A program made the translations under genes and the position numbers. From assembly GCA_951406725.2 (NCBI GenBank), contig OX597833.1, positions 66,030,001 through 66,094,000 of the forward strand: 64,000 nucleotides of DNA, written 5' to 3'. Positions 58,023 through 64,000 of the stretch are shown piece by piece; the stretch's first letter is position 1, and every line of letters begins with the position of its first letter. Source of the DNA: Octopus vulgaris (lineage: Eukaryota). The notes beneath the pieces were generated by a model. It was not told the origin of the DNA. It worked only from the letters and a program-made list of their open reading frames with translations, and ran no database searches.

Positions 58023-59527
58023 ATATGCATTAGTGACAAACTAGAAGAATGGCTTGATCTCAACACTATATTTACGTTGATAAATACAGATTTCCATTTA
58101 AATGAAAATGAATATCTTTTCTTTTATGGCAACACTTAGAAATCAGTTCTGCTCTTCTATTCAATGTGACGGTTGTTCAAATGACGACAAAGTATTTTTC
58201 ATTGTCACAGAGGTCACAGATATTTGAACTGGGGTACACTTCTTTCTAAAATGCAATATGAATTTGGAGGCATTAAAGTTACTAATGTTATGAGCTTTCA
58301 AGTACCATATGTAGCTTTATAATGCTGTGATATTTCTATGCCTGTATATCTAAATACGGTTCTATAGTATAAACATCGACACTTACTAGATTAGTAAGTC
58401 AGCTTTGCATAAGCTGTTTAATGGGTATTACACTGTATTTTTCCAGCTGTACTTATTAATTGAGATTGAGATTGGCGGGATGTGCTAATAACTGTTCTCA
58501 GATTTGACCGTCGGAACACAAGGATCACTAAACTTACTTAAAACATTTTTTGGATGGCATGGGACGTCTCTACCAGCATTGATATTCCTATAATAGCCAT
58601 GCAGCTATAACTAACTTTTATGGTATTCTGATTAAATGCTTTAGGACATGTATAATTTGTAAAGTAATGTTTCGTGTTCAGATATACAAAGCACATGATA
58701 ATCACTTGGCAATAGAAGATTGTACCAATATACTTGCATTTCAGTGACGGCTGCGGTTTCATTGGTTGGATCTTTCAGGTTGGATGTAAATTTCTCTTTC
58801 TTTATGCAGCAGCTATTCTCCAGCGCTTCGCTGTAATTCTCCCGAATTTTACTTTATCTTGAAATTCCGCCAATGTTGCTGAGCTTTCGCATTTTTGTCA
58901 ATATAAATAAGAATTTCATTTTATTTTATATTTTTATATTTTATTTATATTTTTTGTCAATATTCATAAGAATTTCATTTTATTTTAGATGTACCTAGTT
59001 CTCAAAACTACATGTTTTCGGAACTAAGGTAACGTCGACGAAATCAACTACTTTTATATATATAATTGCAATAATATGACGTCCTGTTACCTTAAAGGTA
59101 GAACTTAAGTTTCGTTTTATTTTACATAAGAAGTATCCGTACATATCTGTGTATACATAAGTATACATATATACATATATATATATATAAAGAGAGAGAT
59201 AATGACAGAGAGAACAAAGCCGTATGTTTAAAAGGCTTCCTTCGGAAAACATAATTTTCTGTTGCTTCCAGTCGAGTCATATCTTGAGAGGAATTGAATT
59301 GAACAAGTGAAAAACTTATAGAACCCCCTCGAACAGATTGTAGCTGTAATTCAAAGAAGCTACGGCCCTAATTCTACTGAAAATTACTTTAATGGTACAG
59401 GTAACTGTGGAATGATCATCCATATACGTATTAATTCAAAGGGCAGGTAATTAAACTGATCGGACAACTTAATCGACATTACTTATTAACGAGGTACATA
59501 CGTATATATGTGTGTGTGTGTGTGTAA

Positions 59528-59607
<80 letters not shown>

Positions 59608-59709
59608 AGGGATAGATAGATAGATAGATAGAGATAATTTGAGTGTCATCAAAAACAAATATCCACTAGCAACCGCATTCTTACAGGAATATATATATAT
59701 GTATGTATG

Positions 59710-59785
<76 letters not shown>

Positions 59786-59797
59786 TGTGTGTGTGTG

Positions 59798-59834
<37 letters not shown>

Positions 59835-59979
59835 ATGTATATATATACATATACATATATATATATACATACATACATATTTTTATCATATTAAGGGCAT
59901 TGCTACACGTATAGATTTTATCTTATAATATACGTGTATATATATATATATATATATATATAGTAATATATATATACAA

Positions 59980-60076
<97 letters not shown>

Positions 60077-60428
60077 CTCCAGTGTATTCCAGAGATGTTT
60101 TTCCACGTTGTATTTTTGTTGGCTGATGAAATAATTCTTGTACATGACTTCTACTTAGTTCTTCGGTACAAATTATACAGACCAGACTTTATATAACTAC
60201 CAATTCCATTGAAAAGGTACATAGAAATGCTGTTGTTAATTTGAGTCTTGCTTCTGGAGTTGCTTTATTATTATTGCCATTTTTTTTTCTTTTGGCTGAG
60301 ACAGAGAGAGAGAGAGAGAGAGAGAGTAGGAGAGCGAGGGAGAGGACAGGCGGATTTCCGGTGTATTTCATGCAGAGTCGGAAAATTCGGATAATTAACT
60401 GGCATGTACCCACATTTATGTATATCTA

Positions 60429-60470
<42 letters not shown>

Positions 60471-60581
60471 TATGTGTGTGTGTATGCATGGGTTCATGTG
60501 GGTTTGCGTGTATAAATATATATGTATGTGTGTGCATGTACGTGTGTATAAATGAATAGATATATGTGTCTATATATATAA

Positions 60582-60613
<32 letters not shown>

Positions 60614-60741
60614 GTATGTATGTATATATGTATGTATAGATAGATAGATTGATAGATATGTATACACATATAGGTGTATATGTAGATATATATATATATA
60701 TGTATACACATATAGGTGTATATGTATAAATGAATATATAT

Positions 60742-60791
<50 letters not shown>

Positions 60792-61130
60792 ATATATAGT
60801 ATATGTGCGTGTATATATATAAATGTGTGTGTATATATATATATATATAGAGGCATGAAAATGTATGTATAGAAACGGAGAGAGACAGACAGACAGACAG
60901 AAAGACAGAGACAGAGACAGAGAGACAAGGAGGCGGAGAAAGAGAAAGAGACATATATATATATATATGTAATCTCAAATCTCAAGAGTGTAATAAAGAC
61001 GCAATAGGTAAAAAAAAGAAATTGATAATTGAAATACAGCAAAAAATAAATGGGCAGCGAAACAAACGACGCACACACGCAAGCATACACACGCAAGCAT
61101 ACATACGCACCTGCCTACACTGATATACAC

Positions 61131-61295
<165 letters not shown>

Positions 61296-62168
61296 AATGA
61301 CATGGGAATTGTCTTTTTGGAAAGATTCCCGGTGGTTGTCAATTAGTTTTCAGCTATTGTTCAACTCACCGTTTAACCGGTCCGTTACCAACTTCTAGCA
61401 TCGTTATCAATGTACTACGCTTTTTCGAAACAATACACACCCACACATACATAAATACATACATACATACGTACATACGTACGTACATACATACATACAT
61501 ATATACATACATACATGCATACATACATATATACATACATACATACATACATACGTATATACACACACACATACATGCGTACTTATACATATATATACAT
61601 ACATATATACCTACATATATACATACATACGTACATACATACATACATAATACATATATACTTATATATACATGCACATATATTCACATATTCACTTATA
61701 TATATAGGTATATAACTGAATATATATAAATATGCATGTATATATACATACATATATATATACATACATATATGTGTGTGTGTGTTTGTGTGTGTGTGTG
61801 TGCGTGTGTTTGTGTGTGTGTGTGTCTGTGTGGGCATATATACATATATTAGTCATTAGCGGCAGAAGCACTAATAGTTCATAGTTCATAGTAGCAGTGT
61901 GCGTACCTTACTTAACGTGGATACATTGTAGAAAGCCATACAGCTGAGGTCTTCATCTCGAGACAGCACCTCGTATAGACTTATAGTGCTAAAAGGCACA
62001 TATGCATATCGGTAGAGTATCGGAATGACTAAATCTAGGCTTCTGTGTCCTTTCACGTCGTCAGTAGTAAGTATTAGTATCTGCCGTCAGCTGCTTACTA
62101 AGACAAACTTAACACCATTATTTACTTTTTTTACATTGGACGGAAATGTGTCCTCACTTTGTTGTTAC

Positions 62169-62210
62169 CACAACGTTTCGGCTGGTTTACTCTTCAGCCT
62201 TCATCAGGTG
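62169..62210 (-). ncRNA. Minimal type I hammerhead ribozyme with canonical core
   Basis: Reverse complement CAC-CTGATGA-A-GGCTG-AAGAGTAAAC-CAGCC-GAA-AC-GT-T-GTG: stem I CAC/GTG, 5-bp stem II, palindromic stem III. Confidence 0.78.
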
Positions 62211-62715
62211 TCCTGGTAGGATTCTGAACCCAATTCTGGATTCTCATTCCTAAGGTTTTTTTTAATATATTTTTAGCACTATAAATCGTTGTAGTGACAA
62301 CAAACAAGATGAGGACATATATCCGTCCAATGTAAATAATCTACAGAATTCCTCATCTCTAAAATATAGGACATCTTTAACACGTACTGATTTAGAATAA
62401 CAGTAGAGGCTATAGTTGTTTCTAAGCATGTGTTTTACAGGGAATATTAGCTACTGACGATCATAAAGATAGCAGAAATCAAGATTTAGCAATTTCACCG
62501 CAGCTGTTGGACACTTATCTTCTGCTATCGATTTGCTTCTGTGCTTTTTAGCACAAATAATGTTATACTTCAAGTTATATAATCCTTATGAAACAAAAAG
62601 GAGGACTAATTGTGGAGGTAAAAGAGTTCTGACTCGCCTTAACCAAAGTTACCACTTGTGACACTAAACTTCATATGGGGTACAGTGATATATCTAACAC
62701 GTTATATATATCTAA

Positions 62716-62946
62716 GACGGCGAGCTGGCAGAATCGTTAGCACACCGGGCGAAATGCGTAGCCTTATTTCGCCTGCCGTTACGTTCTAAGTTCAAATTCC
62801 GTCGAGGTCGACTTTGCCTTTCATCCTTTCGGGGTCGATAAATTGAGTACCAGTTACGCACTGGGGTCGATGTAATCGAATTAATCCGTTTGTCTGTCCT
62901 TGTTTGTCCCCTCTATGTTTAGCCCCCGGTGGGCAATAAAGAAATA
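62716..62946 (+). mobile_element. SINE-A full monomer (tail type 1)
   Basis: Complete head, core and tail, with 17-bp TSD GATATATCTAACACGTT (62687-62703 and 62947-62963). Confidence 0.9.
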
Positions 62947-64000
62947 GATATATCTAACACGTTTTTGCTTTGCTAATGTTTACCAGCCGAAGGATCAAGC
63001 AATCCCTTCTAACTGAACATATGAACAGGTTCCGTAGCCGGACTGACGAACCCAGAAAGATCTTCAACAATCTATTCCCCCATTTTCGAAAACCCAATCC
63101 TTTCTGCTTTGATGTTCAATTCTAGCTCGCTAAAATTTTCTAATTTTAATGACTTCTTTCATAATCCCAACAAAAAACCTTCTACGTCTATTTATAATTC
63201 TCTAAAGCTAAAATTTATATGAAGCATTGTTAAACGCATTGTTTGGTGTAATATATTTTGTGTTCTGTTTTGCGTTCATCTCTTCTATAGTTAGTTTGAC
63301 TCATCGAATAAACTTTATGAGTTGTTTGTGTATTTTTAATGGATGTAATATCTGACGTAATCGTTGTGATGTATTTGCGTTTGTATTGTTCGATTGTTTG
63401 GTGAATTGGTTTGTTAAAATACCCGTTATTGATTAGCCTCTGTTTTATTGTATGGATTTCTTTTATCTAAAGCTTCGTTTGTGGGCGAGAATTCAAATGC
63501 TATCTTTCAATCTAAGGATTTTTATATCTGTGTGGAAATCATTCGTATCTGTGTGGGCAGTCGTAGTTTCCATGGAAGTATGCGTATTTGTTTGTATCTT
63601 AGAAGTAAAAGTACGTGGTGCAGAATATCTTATTTTCTTTCTGAAAATTATATTAAAAAAACGGATTCGTTGTATCGCTAAGAGTTTATGTTTCCTGTTC
63701 TATAATACAGAATAGACGAACACATCAAAAACGTCACAAAGACCATAAAATACCTTATACCAAATCATAAACCACAGTAATAATATACGACAAATGCATT
63801 AAAATTAACAACCTTATTAATTACAAACAACAAGCCTGTAAAATCGCTGACAAACCACGATGAATGATGAATGTGATTTATGAAATTTGATTGCCAGTAA
63901 TGCTGTTCTAAATTTTACTACTCCAATTATTATATCGGCCAAACAAATACAACACTCTCTCGTCGACTACTTATGCATTTACAATAATTAATGACTGCCG

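Noticed and set aside
58889-58988. Short tandem duplication of about 38 bp
   Set aside because: AT-rich local duplication with no further structure.
63041-63065. CTGACGA...GAAA hammerhead candidate
   Set aside because: No stem II or stem I pairing.

Overview
AT-rich animal non-coding DNA packed with microsatellites ((TA)n, (TAGA)n, (ATT)n, (GGAT)n, (CA)n) and transposon debris. The repeat landscape suggests an octopus (coleoid cephalopod) intron or intergenic region, which is an inference. I found no host protein-coding exon, and almost all listed ORFs are translations of simple repeats. Real coding remnants are a 5'-truncated Tx1/L1-type LINE in a (TAGA)n array, several R4/Dong-type LINE fragments (two bounded by (ATT)n arrays), a broken mariner transposase and a Tc1 N-terminus. 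Non-autonomous elements include at least three tRNA-derived SINE families, a Helitron and Tc2/pogo- and hAT-like MITEs. Highlights: (1) several families of short elements carry minimal hammerhead-ribozyme folds, often inside fold-back structures (Penelope-like or retrozyme-like); (2) the dominant SINE shares a 42-nt 3' tail with the Tx1-type LINE, a candidate SINE-LINE partnership; (3) two TSD-bounded SINE trimers have identical internal junctions in the loop of the head hairpin; (4) one SINE tail captured about 140 bp from a site about 15.5 kb away. All alignments and folds were done by eye.
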